A DNA stretch of 64,000 nucleotides, from NCBI GenBank assembly GCA_016124845.1, contig WGMW01000004.1, forward strand, positions 4,242-68,241, read 5' to 3'. The notes beneath the pieces were generated by a model. The model did no database searches, had not been told where the DNA came from, and saw only the letters and a list, made by a program, of their open reading frames with translations. Source of the stretch: Flavobacteriales bacterium (GTDB taxonomy: Bacteria; Bacteroidota; Bacteroidia; UBA10329). Positions 1 through 9,933 of this stretch are shown one piece after another (positions within the stretch are counted from its first letter, which is position 1; each line of letters begins with the position of its first letter). The position numbers and the translations under genes were made by a program.

Positions 1-979
1 GGGCGTGAGAGACCGGGCTTCCTATGTGCTGAAGCAAGACAAGATCAGATTGGTGCTGACCACCGCTTTGAACAGCGAATCTCCCATTGGGGAACACGTG
101 AAAAAGCATGGCGATGGCGTGAAAGTGACGGCTTTATGGGTTGAGGATGCACGGGCTGCATTTAAGGAAACGACCAAGCGCGGTGCCAAGCCATACATGC
201 AACCAACCGTTGAAAAGGATGAACACGGTGAAGTTGTCCGTGCGGGTATTTACACCTATGGAGAAACGGTTCACATGTTCGTGGAGCGCAAGAATTATAA
301 TGGCACATTCCTTCCTGGTTACAAAGAGTGGAAATCGGATTACAACCCCGCTCCAACTGGCCTGAAGTACATCGACCATATGGTCGGTAACGTTGGTTGG
401 GGAGAAATGAACACATGGGTGAAATGGTACGAGGACGTGATGGGTTTTGTGAACTTCCTATCCTTCGATGACAAGCAAATTCATACCGAATACTCGGCTC
501 TGATGAGTAAGGTGATGAGCAACGGGAATGGCCGAATCAAATTCCCGATCAACGAGCCCGCTGAAGGCAAGAAAAAATCTCAGATCGAAGAATACTTGGA
601 TTTCTACGAAAGCCCAGGCGTGCAGCACTTGGCATTAGCTACGGATGATATTCTTAAGACCGTGGCCGACCTCAGAAGTCGTGGCGTGGAGTTCCTTTCA
701 ACACCTCCAGAAGCGTATTATGATGAAATTCCGAAGCGTTTGGGCAAGCACATGGATATGATGAAGGAAGACATCAACGAATTGGCCAAACTCGGCATCA
801 TGATCGATGCGGATGAGGAAGGCTACCTGCTTCAGATATTCACCAAACCTGTGGAAGACCGACCAACGCTTTTCTATGAGATCATCCAGCGAATGGGTGC
901 TCGCGGTTTCGGTGCAGGAAACTTTAAAGCATTGTTCGAAAGCATTGAGCGCGAGCAGGAATTGCGGGGAACTTTATAG
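1..979 (+). CDS. hppD: 4-hydroxyphenylpyruvate dioxygenase (5' end outside window)
   Basis: IDHMVGNV, GVQHLAL, YLLQIFT and GFGAGNFKALFESIE motifs typical of HPPD. Confidence 0.95.
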   Translation, partial: GVRDRASYVLKQDKIRLVLTTALNSESPIGEHVKKHGDGVKVTALWVEDARAAFKETTKRGAKPYMQPTVEKDEHGEVVRAGIYTYGETVHMFVERKNYNGTFLPGYKEWKSDYNPAPTGLKYIDHMVGNVGWGEMNTWVKWYEDVMGFVNFLSFDDKQIHTEYSALMSKVMSNGNGRIKFPINEPAEGKKKSQIEEYLDFYESPGVQHLALATDDILKTVADLRSRGVEFLSTPPEAYYDEIPKRLGKHMDMMKEDINELAKLGIMIDADEEGYLLQIFTKPVEDRPTLFYEIIQRMGARGFGAGNFKALFESIEREQELRGTL

Positions 980-982
980 CGG

Positions 983-1321
983 GTGAAACGCCTTATTGAA
1001 TTATCTAAATCTTGTACGATTTACTATGCTTCCGTTTCTACGTTTTTATTCTCGATAGTTTGGTGGAAGCACAGCGTTGAAACTGCTATATGGTCCACTG
1101 TTGCAATTTGGCAGATACTACTTACCGTAGACTTAATGCCAAGGCTTGTCTTAAAAAAGTTGAAGTTTCAATGGCAATATGTATTGAAGGGTGCAATATG
1201 GCTTGGCCTCGCAGTTGTTTTAGTGTGGTTTAGTATAAAAGTGTCGCTGATGGTATTGGGTGTAAGCTCAATAATATCCACTTACGCGGTTTATATTACA
1301 AACAAAGCCAGAAATCAATGA
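983..1321 (+). CDS. small hypothetical membrane protein (about 4 TM)
   Basis: 112-aa hydrophobic ORF filling the gap between hppD and the HAD gene, overlapping the latter (ATGA). Confidence 0.6.
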   Translation: MKRLIELSKSCTIYYASVSTFLFSIVWWKHSVETAIWSTVAIWQILLTVDLMPRLVLKKLKFQWQYVLKGAIWLGLAVVLVWFSIKVSLMVLGVSSIISTYAVYITNKARNQ

Positions 1322-1935
1322 ATCATGTTGAAGCTAAGCAAAATCGATCTTTGGCGCTGTTTGATTTTGACGGCACCATTTCCAACAAGGACAGCTTTGT
1401 GGCTTTCATGAAATTCACGCATGGAAAACCCGTGTTTATGATGCGCATGGCCATGGGTTTTCTCACGTTTGCGGGTTGGAAATTGGGTCTGGTGAAAAGT
1501 CATTTTACGAAGGTGAAAGCACTTCGATCCTTCTACAGAGGTTGGACGGAAGAACGGATGGCCGATGCGCGCAAGCGATTTACAGCTGAGGTCATTCCAA
1601 CCATTTTATTCCCGAAGGCAATCGAGAAGATCAACTGGCATAAGGAAAACGGTCATCGAATTATTGTGGTAACCGCAAGTTGCGATGCTTGGCTGAGCGA
1701 TTGGGCACACGAAATGGGATTGGAAATCCTATGCACCGAAATGGAACTGGAAAACGGCATTTACACGGGCAATCTCTCTAAACCGAACTGCCGTGGCCGA
1801 GAAAAAGTGAACCGCATCAACCAACATCTGAATTTGGAAGATTATTCAGCGATCTACGCTTACGGCAACGATCATGGCGACAATCAGATGCTTTCGATTG
1901 CCACGCATCCGCACATGCGAGAGTTTGAGAAATAA
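1318..1935 (+). CDS. HAD-IB family hydrolase
   Basis: ALFDFDGT motif I, VVTAS motif II, AYGNDHGD motif IV. Confidence 0.9.
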   Translation: MNHVEAKQNRSLALFDFDGTISNKDSFVAFMKFTHGKPVFMMRMAMGFLTFAGWKLGLVKSHFTKVKALRSFYRGWTEERMADARKRFTAEVIPTILFPKAIEKINWHKENGHRIIVVTASCDAWLSDWAHEMGLEILCTEMELENGIYTGNLSKPNCRGREKVNRINQHLNLEDYSAIYAYGNDHGDNQMLSIATHPHMREFEK

Positions 1936-1958
1936 GCCTTTACGATTACCTTGCTTTC

Positions 1959-3086
1959 ATGGATCAATTCAAAGAGTTCTTCCGAAAGAATGATGTAAAA
2001 ATTGGTGAAGGGAAGGATTTTGTCAGGATACCTCCGATTCACTATTCATCACTTCATAATGCTGTTCGTAGCTACTACGAGTCGTTCAGGACAAACCAAA
2101 GTATGATGCCATACATTTCAGACATCCACACTTGGTCGAGAGAAGCACACGCATTCAATTTTAAATCAACCGATGAAATCGTTCAGTCTATTTTAGGATT
2201 CCATCGATTCATCGAACTGTTATTGAAAGACATTCTTAGGCGGGTCAATCCATTTCTCGTTGTACGACTGGACCAGCATCCAAAGGACGTATTTGCTTTT
2301 CTTGACCAAACCGCAGACCCAGACACAATCAGAACTGTTGAATTTCAGGAAACACTAAGAAGGTTCAAACAGGCATTTTTACACTATGACTCAACATCTG
2401 AAGTTTACCAGAACGTGTTGAAACGATATAAATTCATCCTGTCAAAGGAGAATCAAGAAACGATTTCTGTCCTAACAGAATGGCGAAACCGAATTATGCA
2501 CAACGGGAACACACTTCCAAACTTCATTTCATTCGAGTATTTGGTTTCGCAAAGATTGTTCCCAATGCTTCAAAGCCTTCTGAAGGCTGAAAAGGACATG
2601 TTGAAGAATTGGCGACCGTTGTACTTCGAAACCCATACCGGTCTTAACCTATTGGAGGAAATTCTTTCCGTAAGGTTTTCTTTTACGGACTTTTCAAATG
2701 AAACCAAGACCAAAACAATAATAAAGGCGCTACTAAAACTTGGCCATCTAAAGGAGTTGGGACGTGCCGCTGACAACCATGATTTTGGTAAGCGAAATGG
2801 TATTTCATACTATGAACCTCAATCTGGCAACCCGAATATCAGAACTGAACGATTTGTCGAATCAGAAACTCAGTTACCTGATTTCTTTAGTCGCCACAAT
2901 TGTATTTGCTGTGGAGCGAAAACTTTAATCGTTTATCGGAGCATCGTTGAGCTTCCCGACCCAACAAAAGCCATCCCCATTAGCTGGTTGAAGTGTTATA
3001 ATTGTGACTATTCGATTTCGCGAGGACATGTCGGAGACCCATTTGACTTTGGACTTTCCGAAAAGAGACTGTTCCCCGATTATTAA
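1959..3086 (+). CDS. hypothetical protein with HEPN-like Rx4H motif and C-terminal Zn-ribbon
   Basis: FIELLLKDIL helix, WRNRIMH motif, CICC...CYNC cysteine pairs. Confidence 0.6.
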   Translation: MDQFKEFFRKNDVKIGEGKDFVRIPPIHYSSLHNAVRSYYESFRTNQSMMPYISDIHTWSREAHAFNFKSTDEIVQSILGFHRFIELLLKDILRRVNPFLVVRLDQHPKDVFAFLDQTADPDTIRTVEFQETLRRFKQAFLHYDSTSEVYQNVLKRYKFILSKENQETISVLTEWRNRIMHNGNTLPNFISFEYLVSQRLFPMLQSLLKAEKDMLKNWRPLYFETHTGLNLLEEILSVRFSFTDFSNETKTKTIIKALLKLGHLKELGRAADNHDFGKRNGISYYEPQSGNPNIRTERFVESETQLPDFFSRHNCICCGAKTLIVYRSIVELPDPTKAIPISWLKCYNCDYSISRGHVGDPFDFGLSEKRLFPDY

Positions 3087-3781
3087 AACACCCTCTTCGG
3101 CTTCCCAGCCACAAAATCTTTCAGGTAATAGGGTTCAAAGTAGGCGACATCTTCAAACTGTTTGGCTGCAAACTTTCCTTCCGCCAAACCGATCATTCCT
3201 CTTGCACTTGGGTTGAAATCATCCAAGAAGATGGCATTCGGGTGGTTGATGAACTCTTTGCATTTGCCCGCGCCATCACCCAAAAACGCCACGTTGCCTT
3301 TTTCCAATTCTTCGGCAAAACTGGCTTCATCAATGATCTCTGCGGAAACAGGTTGAAGCTCTTTCAGCGAAGCATCGAACATTTGAGTGTAAACTTCCAT
3401 CCTGCGCGCATCGATCATCGGACAGAAAAAGGAGATATCGGTCAGTTGTTCTGAAAATTCTGTCATTGCCCAATGAGTCATGGATTCCAACGAACCGACC
3501 GAAAGCAACGGAATTCCCAGCCCATAACACAACCCTTTTGCAGCAGAAACACCGATGCGCAAACCTGTGTAGGAACCAGGGCCTTTCGAGACGCAGACCG
3601 CATCCAGATCGGAAGGTTTCAAACCTGCCTTTTTGATGGTCTCATCGATAAAAACCACCAGTTTTTCGGAATGGGAATAGGTTTGATCGTGCGTCTCTTT
3701 CAGCGCAAGCGTTTCGCCATTGCGCGACACAGCGACCGAACATGTGAGCGTGGCACTTTCAATATGAAGAATGGTTGGCAA
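3083..3781 (-). CDS. tsaB: tRNA threonylcarbamoyladenosine biosynthesis protein TsaB
   Basis: HIESAT, HSEKL, GPGSYTGLRIG, IDARRMEVY. Confidence 0.95.
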   Translation of the reverse strand: MPTILHIESATLTCSVAVSRNGETLALKETHDQTYSHSEKLVVFIDETIKKAGLKPSDLDAVCVSKGPGSYTGLRIGVSAAKGLCYGLGIPLLSVGSLESMTHWAMTEFSEQLTDISFFCPMIDARRMEVYTQMFDASLKELQPVSAEIIDEASFAEELEKGNVAFLGDGAGKCKEFINHPNAIFLDDFNPSARGMIGLAEGKFAAKQFEDVAYFEPYYLKDFVAGKPKRVF

Positions 3782-3792
3782 ACCGCTTGGGT

Positions 3793-5211
3793 TTAGTCAC
3801 CGAAGCCGCCTTCGCCTTCGTTGGATTTGTACAGTTCGTCTTTGGAAACGACCTCAACCTCATCGCCTGGCGCAAGTTTTTTGGAGATGGCACGGTAAGG
3901 AGCGGTCACCACACGGTCTCCGAGCTCAACACCCGAAACAACCTCAATGTACTCGTTGTCCTGAATGCCCGTTTTCACCTGCTTCACCACTACATCGTTC
4001 CCATCCACCACAAATACAAGTTCAATGGCATCTTCTTCCCGTGCAGGTTTATCTATCGCTTCTTCCTCTTCATCATCACCCTCATCCGATGGCGGACCTT
4101 TTCTGCGTTCACGTCTTTCTTCACGGTTTTCCACCTGCTTCTCCAGTTCAGACTTGGTGCGTGTGGTGACCGCCTGAATCGGTACACTCAACACATCTTT
4201 TACCTGTCGCGTTCTGATGTCGACCGTGGCGCTCATACCAGGGCGGAATGGCGACTGATCGGGCTGCTTCTCATTCACGAGATCCGAATAAGAAGTTCTT
4301 AGAATACGGACCTTTACTTCGAAATTGGTGATCTGATCGGTACCCGTTCCATCCGACTTGGCCGAATTGGCAATATTGGTCACAATGCCTTTGAACGTCT
4401 TGTCGAGATACGCATCCACCTCAATATCACAGGTGTCGTTGTAACCCACACGGATGATGTCGTTCTCATTTACTTCTACCACCACTTCCATTTCCGCGAG
4501 GTCGGCAATGGTCATGATCTCCGAACCTTGCATCTGAGAAGTTCCCACCACGCGCTCGCCCTTCTCGAAATTGAGTTTGGAAATGGTTCCATTTACAGGC
4601 GAGTAGATCTCCGTTCGCGTAAGGCTTTTCTGTGCTTCCTGTAGCGATGCTTCGGCACTTTTCACTTGGAAGCGACTGGCCTCCACGCTTTGCTGTGATG
4701 CTTCCACATCGCTTTGCGCCACGTTGTATTCGCTTAGCGAAGCATCATACTCCGATTGCGCCACCACCTTATCCTCAAACAACTGTTTTACCCGCTCATA
4801 ATTGGCTTTGGAATTGGTCAATCGCGCTTCCGATTGCGCCAATCGAGATTGCGCATTTGCCAAGTTGGCACGACTTGTATTCAGAGCAGCTTCCAATCGC
4901 TCCACATTCGATTTCTGAATATCTGGATCGATCTTCACCAACAGCTGTCCTTCTTCCACGCGGTCGCCTTCCTTTACGGGAAGTTCCATGATCTCTCCCG
5001 AAACATCTGGACTGATCTTCACTTCCGATTCGGACTGGATCTTGCCGCTGGCAGAAACTGTTTCGGTGATGTCGCGCTTGGCAACTTCCTCCACGGCCAC
5101 TTTTTCGGCAGATGAACTACCGACAAGACCTTTCTTCTTTAAGATGATGGCAACTACCAGCAGTGCCACAACGGCCACCGCCAGAACGATGAGAATTCGA
5201 TTGTTTTTCAT
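3793..5211 (-). CDS. efflux RND/ABC transporter periplasmic adaptor (MacA/HlyD-like)
   Basis: N-terminal TM anchor, VSASGKI, lipoyl-like VKEGDRVEEGQLL, coiled hairpin, FRPGMSATVDI. Confidence 0.9.
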   Translation of the reverse strand: MKNNRILIVLAVAVVALLVVAIILKKKGLVGSSSAEKVAVEEVAKRDITETVSASGKIQSESEVKISPDVSGEIMELPVKEGDRVEEGQLLVKIDPDIQKSNVERLEAALNTSRANLANAQSRLAQSEARLTNSKANYERVKQLFEDKVVAQSEYDASLSEYNVAQSDVEASQQSVEASRFQVKSAEASLQEAQKSLTRTEIYSPVNGTISKLNFEKGERVVGTSQMQGSEIMTIADLAEMEVVVEVNENDIIRVGYNDTCDIEVDAYLDKTFKGIVTNIANSAKSDGTGTDQITNFEVKVRILRTSYSDLVNEKQPDQSPFRPGMSATVDIRTRQVKDVLSVPIQAVTTRTKSELEKQVENREERRERRKGPPSDEGDDEEEEAIDKPAREEDAIELVFVVDGNDVVVKQVKTGIQDNEYIEVVSGVELGDRVVTAPYRAISKKLAPGDEVEVVSKDELYKSNEGEGGFGD

Positions 5212-6563
5212 TTGGTCTGGTCAAAAGTAATCGGTTTGCCTTGGTAGAAATCCAACACCTTCATTTTGAAAATGTAGTCGTATTTCGCTCGCAGCAGTTC
5301 CGACCTTGTCCGTGTGAGGTTATTGGAAGCCGTATTGAAATCCAGCGCGTTCATCATGCCCACATCATAGCGCTGTTTGGCGTATTCGAATGCCTGTTCG
5401 GTGGCCTTCACGCTCTTGTCGCTGGCATCGAACTGACGCTTGGATGAACTGGCATCATTGTACGCCTGTTGTACCGAGGAATAGAGCTTGTTCTTCTCGT
5501 CCTGCAAAGAGAGCTCTGCATTGATGCGGCTCAACCGCGCCTTGCCCACCGAAGTGCGGCTGCGCAACCCATTGAAGATCGGAACACTAAGCGAGAATCC
5601 GATGTTCTCACCAAGGTTGTTCTGAAGCTGCTTTCCGTACGGATCGGAAACACCCGTAAAAGATTTGGCACTTGAATATCTCGTTCCCAGCGAAGCACTA
5701 CCGCTTATTGTTGGTGTGTACGAAGCAAAAGCGATCTTCTCCCCTTTCTCGGCACTTCTCAATCTGGCCTCCTTTGCCTTGATCTTCGGCCAATTGTCCA
5801 ACGCCTGATCGTAAATGATTCCAACCGTAACTGCATTCAGACCTGTTAAGGGCAGGTCCACCTCTGGCCGCTCAATTCGAAATGGCTCCGAAGCAGGCAG
5901 GTTCAGCATTTGTTTGAGTGTGAGAATGGACGTGTTGAGCGCATTCTCCGCATTGACCACCTGAAGTTCGTTGCTTGCCAACTGCGCTTCCACATCATAG
6001 ACATTTCCCAGCGGCACCGAACCAGCATCCGCCATTTTCCTCGTACGCTCCAATTGCTCTTTTGTCACCTCCAACTGCTGGTAGGCCACATCCAAAAGCT
6101 CCTCGTTGAACATGATCTGCATGAAAGCCGTGGCAATGTTGAGGCTGATGTCGTTGCCCAGGCCATCCAGATCGTAACCTGCGGCCTGCAGATCCACCTG
6201 CGACTGCTTGAACGTGTTCAGCAGACGGAAACCGTTGAAGAGCGTAACGTTACTCTGCGCACCCCAACTGTTGTTGTTGATCTGCTGATTCACATACGTG
6301 TTGGTCACGAAGTCGATGTTCCGACCAAAGTTGATGTTGAAACTGGAACTGGCGTTGAGGTTCGGAAACATCATGGCCAACGCCTGCGACTTGTCCAAGC
6401 GGGCAGACTCCTGCTGTAATACCGACTGTTTGATCTGAATGTTGTGCTCGAACGCGTAACTGATGCAACGCTCCAATGTCCACTCATCCTGCGCCATGGT
6501 GCGGGAAGATGAGAAGAGGAAGAGCACGGTCAGCGTTAGAGCAATGGTTTTGAATGGATTCAT
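5208..6563 (-). CDS. TolC family outer-membrane efflux protein
   Basis: WTLERCISYAFEHN start, TolC repeats. Start set at the ATG at 6563, downstream of a TACTTTTG box at 6583-6590. Confidence 0.9.
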   Translation of the reverse strand: MNPFKTIALTLTVLFLFSSSRTMAQDEWTLERCISYAFEHNIQIKQSVLQQESARLDKSQALAMMFPNLNASSSFNINFGRNIDFVTNTYVNQQINNNSWGAQSNVTLFNGFRLLNTFKQSQVDLQAAGYDLDGLGNDISLNIATAFMQIMFNEELLDVAYQQLEVTKEQLERTRKMADAGSVPLGNVYDVEAQLASNELQVVNAENALNTSILTLKQMLNLPASEPFRIERPEVDLPLTGLNAVTVGIIYDQALDNWPKIKAKEARLRSAEKGEKIAFASYTPTISGSASLGTRYSSAKSFTGVSDPYGKQLQNNLGENIGFSLSVPIFNGLRSRTSVGKARLSRINAELSLQDEKNKLYSSVQQAYNDASSSKRQFDASDKSVKATEQAFEYAKQRYDVGMMNALDFNTASNNLTRTRSELLRAKYDYIFKMKVLDFYQGKPITFDQTK

Positions 6564-6750
6564 ACTCCCTGTTTTCACGCGCCAAAAGTAACCAAATGGG
6601 CTGGCCTTGGTCTGAACTTGCCAGTTATCGATCACAATTAATGTTAAGGTCAGATTGCTGCGTTTTGTTCAAAATGTGCAGGTTCGAACAGGCCGTTAAC
6701 TTAACGTAATAGACCGTTTGGCAGCACCCGCGAGGGGTGGATAACAAACG

Positions 6751-6779
6751 TTTGCAGAATTGAAATTTGCTTATGTTTG
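6751..6779 (+). promoter_or_regulatory. Bacteroidota housekeeping promoter (-33 TTTG / -7 TAnnTTTG) for acpP
   Basis: TTTG at 6751-6754 and TATGTTTG at 6772-6779, 17 nt apart, upstream of the ATG at 6813. Confidence 0.65.
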
Positions 6780-6812
6780 CAGCGATTTTAAACCTACCAA
6801 AAGCAGATAATC

Positions 6813-7049
6813 ATGTCTGATATTGCATCAAGAGTAAAAGCTATTATCGTAGATAAATTGGGTGTTGATGAGAACGAGGTGACACCAGAGGCAAGTTTCA
6901 CAAACGACCTTGGGGCCGATTCGTTGGATACGGTTGAGCTGATCATGGAGTTTGAGAAGGAATTCAATATTGCCATTCCTGACGATCAGGCCGAGAACAT
7001 CGGTACAGTCGGTGAGGCGATCAAATACATAGAGGAGAACGCCAAGTAG
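6813..7049 (+). CDS. acpP: acyl carrier protein
   Basis: [14 protein letters not shown] phosphopantetheine motif. Confidence 0.98.
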   Translation: MSDIASRVKAIIVDKLGVDENEVTPEASFTNDLGADSLDTVELIMEFEKEFNIAIPDDQAENIGTVGEAIKYIEENAK

Positions 7050-7075
7050 ATCTCCCTTATTGGGATAAAGAACTT

Positions 7076-7118
7076 ACCCGCTTCCCATCCGCCCGAGGCG
7101 GATTCGGGTAGCGGGTAT
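7076..7118 (+). other. intergenic stem-loop between acpP and fabF
   Basis: TACCCGCT...AGCGGGTA arms with inner ATCCGCC-CGA-GGCGGAT hairpin. Confidence 0.55.
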
Positions 7119-7130
7119 TTAAGTTAATAG

Positions 7131-8384
7131 ATGGAGCTTAAACGAGCGGTAATAACAGGTATGGGTGCGCTTACACCCGTTGGCAATACGCTGGATGCGT
7201 ATTGGCAGAACCTGATCGCTGGGAAAAGTGGTGCCGCTCCCATCACGCATTTCGATGCCTCCAAGTTCAAAACGCAGTTTGCCTGCGAGGTGAAGAACTT
7301 CGATCCCGAAGAACACTTCGACCGTAAGGAAGCCCGCAAACTGGACCCGTTCGCGCAGTATGCGCTGGTAAGCGCCACAGAGGCGTGGGCAGATTCTGGG
7401 TTGGATGAGAACACGATCAACCACGACCGCGCGGGCGTTATCTGGGGTTCGGGCATCGGAGGCTTGAAGACCTTTTATGATGAATGCACCGAGTTTGCCG
7501 CAGGCGATGGTACGCCACGGTTCAACCCGTTCTTCATCCCGAAGATGATCGCGGACATTGCCGCAGGTCACATCTCCATGAAATGGAACTTGCGCGGTCC
7601 GAATTTCACCACGGTTTCGGCCTGCGCATCCTCCACCAATTCGCTGATCGATTCGTTCAATTACATCCGCTTGGGCAAAGCAGACATCTTCGTTACTGGA
7701 GGTTCGGAAGCGGCCGTAACACAAGCTGGTGTTGGCGGATTCAACGCCATGAAAGCGCTCTCGCAACGGAATGATTCGCCTGAAACAGCTTCGCGTCCGT
7801 TTGACCTTGACCGCGATGGTTTTGTTCTGGGAGAAGGTGCTGGCTCGCTCATCGTAGAAGAATTGGAGCATGCGCTTGCACGAGGTGCCAAGATCTATGC
7901 TGAGATTGTTGGTGGCGGCATGAGTGCCGATGCGCACCACATCACCGCTCCGCACCCAGAAGGTTTGGGCGCGATGAACGTGATGCGGGCTGCTTTGGAA
8001 GATGCGGGCATGAACGCAAGTGAGATTGATTACATCAACGTGCACGGAACAAGCACGCCATTGGGCGATATTGCTGAATCAAAAGCCATCATGGAAGTAT
8101 TCGGTGAGCAGGCTTTCAACATGAACATCAGTTCCACCAAATCGATGACAGGGCACTTGCTTGGTGCAGCTGGTGCAATCGAGGCCATTGCTTCGGTGAT
8201 GGCTGTGAAGAACGATATCGTTCCACCGACCATCAACCATTTTACAGATGACCCCGAGTTCAACCCGAAGTTGAATTTCACATTCAATAAGGCGCAAAAG
8301 CGAACCGTGAATGCTGCCCTCAGCAACACGTTCGGGTTTGGAGGCCACAACGCCTCGGTCATCGTCAAGAAGTTCGTTCAGTAA
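7131..8384 (+). CDS. fabF: beta-ketoacyl-ACP synthase II
   Basis: SACASS catalytic Cys, HGTSTPLGD, GHLLGAAG, NTFGFGGHN. Confidence 0.97.
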   Translation: MELKRAVITGMGALTPVGNTLDAYWQNLIAGKSGAAPITHFDASKFKTQFACEVKNFDPEEHFDRKEARKLDPFAQYALVSATEAWADSGLDENTINHDRAGVIWGSGIGGLKTFYDECTEFAAGDGTPRFNPFFIPKMIADIAAGHISMKWNLRGPNFTTVSACASSTNSLIDSFNYIRLGKADIFVTGGSEAAVTQAGVGGFNAMKALSQRNDSPETASRPFDLDRDGFVLGEGAGSLIVEELEHALARGAKIYAEIVGGGMSADAHHITAPHPEGLGAMNVMRAALEDAGMNASEIDYINVHGTSTPLGDIAESKAIMEVFGEQAFNMNISSTKSMTGHLLGAAGAIEAIASVMAVKNDIVPPTINHFTDDPEFNPKLNFTFNKAQKRTVNAALSNTFGFGGHNASVIVKKFVQ

Positions 8385-8394
8385 TCATTCTCCG

Positions 8395-9114
8395 TTGATC
8401 AATTCTCTTCGCAGCTTTTTCGGTCGAGACAAGGAACTGACGAAATCGCTGCGCAATCTGCTTGGATTCACCCCAAGAAACGTATCCGTCTATCGCTTGG
8501 CGCTGATACATAAATCTGCTGGAGAACGATTATCTGATGGCACGCTTGTGAGCAACGAACGCTTGGAGTTTTTGGGCGATGCTGTGCTGAGCGCGGTGGT
8601 GGCCAAGTACCTTTTTCAGCGTTATCCGTTCGAAAACGAAGGCTTCCTGACGGAAACCCGATCGAAAGTGGTGAGCCGAAAGAACCTGAACGGTTTGGCC
8701 CGCAAACTTGGCCTGCCAGAAATGGTGGAAAAAAGCAATGAAAACCACCGTATTAGTTCTTCCCTTGGCGGAGACGCATTGGAAGCATTGGTCGGGGCCA
8801 TCTTCCTCGATCGTGGCTTTCAAGCAGCCGAGAAGTTCATCCTGGACCGAATGATCGATCACTACGTGGACCTCGATAAACTTTTGGTGGAAGACGCCAA
8901 TTTCAAAAGCCGCCTGATAGAATGGTGCCAGAAAGAGAAGCACAAATTCGAATTCGAACTCCTGGAGGGAACTGTTGACGGCCACCGGCCATCATTCACC
9001 ATTCAAGTGAAGGTGGATGGCAAGCCACAGGGAAAAGGAACCGACCGCACCAAGAAGCGCGCTGAACAGGCCGCAGCCAAAGTAGCCTGCGAAAACCTCA
9101 AACTTGGGGTTTAG
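8395..9114 (+). CDS. rnc: ribonuclease III
   Basis: NERLEFLGDAVL signature plus C-terminal dsRBD. Start uncertain (TTG at 8395 chosen). Confidence 0.95.
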   Translation: MINSLRSFFGRDKELTKSLRNLLGFTPRNVSVYRLALIHKSAGERLSDGTLVSNERLEFLGDAVLSAVVAKYLFQRYPFENEGFLTETRSKVVSRKNLNGLARKLGLPEMVEKSNENHRISSSLGGDALEALVGAIFLDRGFQAAEKFILDRMIDHYVDLDKLLVEDANFKSRLIEWCQKEKHKFEFELLEGTVDGHRPSFTIQVKVDGKPQGKGTDRTKKRAEQAAAKVACENLKLGV

Positions 9115-9230
9115 ATTTAAGACCTTCAAGGTTTTAGAAATAGGGGGCCGAAATGCCACTTTTAAGGATGGATTCATCCTCCTTTTCAGTTTCGCTCTTA
9201 TGGAGCTCATGACCGTCAGTAGGCGCATTT

Positions 9231-9327
9231 CTACCATAGTGCCGTTCCTACGGAACTGCGCAAGTCCCAGCGGGACGGAATTATGGTAGCAATAGGTTCC
9301 ATCTGTACATCAAAGTCCCGTAGGGAC
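9231..9327. repeat. REP-like element with three GTYCC-NNN-GGRAC mini-hairpins
   Basis: GTTCC-TAC-GGAAC (9244-9256), GTCCC-AGC-GGGAC (9264-9276), GTCCC-GTA-GGGAC (9315-9327); the first two enclosed by CTACCATA/TATGGTAG. Confidence 0.55.
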
Positions 9328-9464
9328 GACACCTTTTCAGAACAGATTTCTCTTTTCGGACACCCCTGTTTTAGTAACCTTGAAGGTCTCATCCGTCATT
9401 TAACCCAAATGCAATGTGCCGACCAACGAACAATCCGTTCTAATTATACCTTTGGTGGCACACC

Positions 9465-9932
9465 ATGAAACTGCAACTCTCCGATTGGCTGCCTCAGGAA
9501 CCCGACTTTGAACTTATTCATATTTATTGTCACCAGAAGGATTACAGATTGTGTTTTTCCCTGAACGAGCAGTTCAAATGTGAGTTTGCACGCATCCGCG
9601 ATTTTGCGGAGGAGGAAGACAAACCGCATCTTCCGACCTATTCGCGGTTCATGTACGAAGATGAGGTGACGCACAAGGAATACTTCGTCATTTCCAATCA
9701 ACCTTTGGTGCGCGAACTTGTTACGAAAGAAGGCGACCTCTTCCCAACGGAGCAGCCAGCGTTACTGATCCCCGAATTGCCGCGTGTGGATTACTTCTTC
9801 CTTCTTTACGGTCAGTTTGAGGAGGATGAATTGGAAGAGATCGAAGACCAACTGAACCTGATTCCAGCGATCAATGCGGCCAAACGCGTAGATCCGCGAT
9901 CGCTGAAAGCATACATAAACCTGATGCATTGA
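9465..9932 (+). CDS. IPExxxVDY family protein
   Basis: LLIPELPRVDYF motif; usual position upstream of pyk in Bacteroidota; TACCTTTG box at 9447-9454. Confidence 0.9.
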   Translation: MKLQLSDWLPQEPDFELIHIYCHQKDYRLCFSLNEQFKCEFARIRDFAEEEDKPHLPTYSRFMYEDEVTHKEYFVISNQPLVRELVTKEGDLFPTEQPALLIPELPRVDYFFLLYGQFEEDELEEIEDQLNLIPAINAAKRVDPRSLKAYINLMH

Positions 9933-9933
9933 T

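Noticed and set aside
7119-8045. Long antisense ORFs (e.g. 7119-8045, 10570-11418, 52340-53500, 60047-60901)
   Set aside because: Shadows of well-supported genes on the opposite strand, expected from codon bias.
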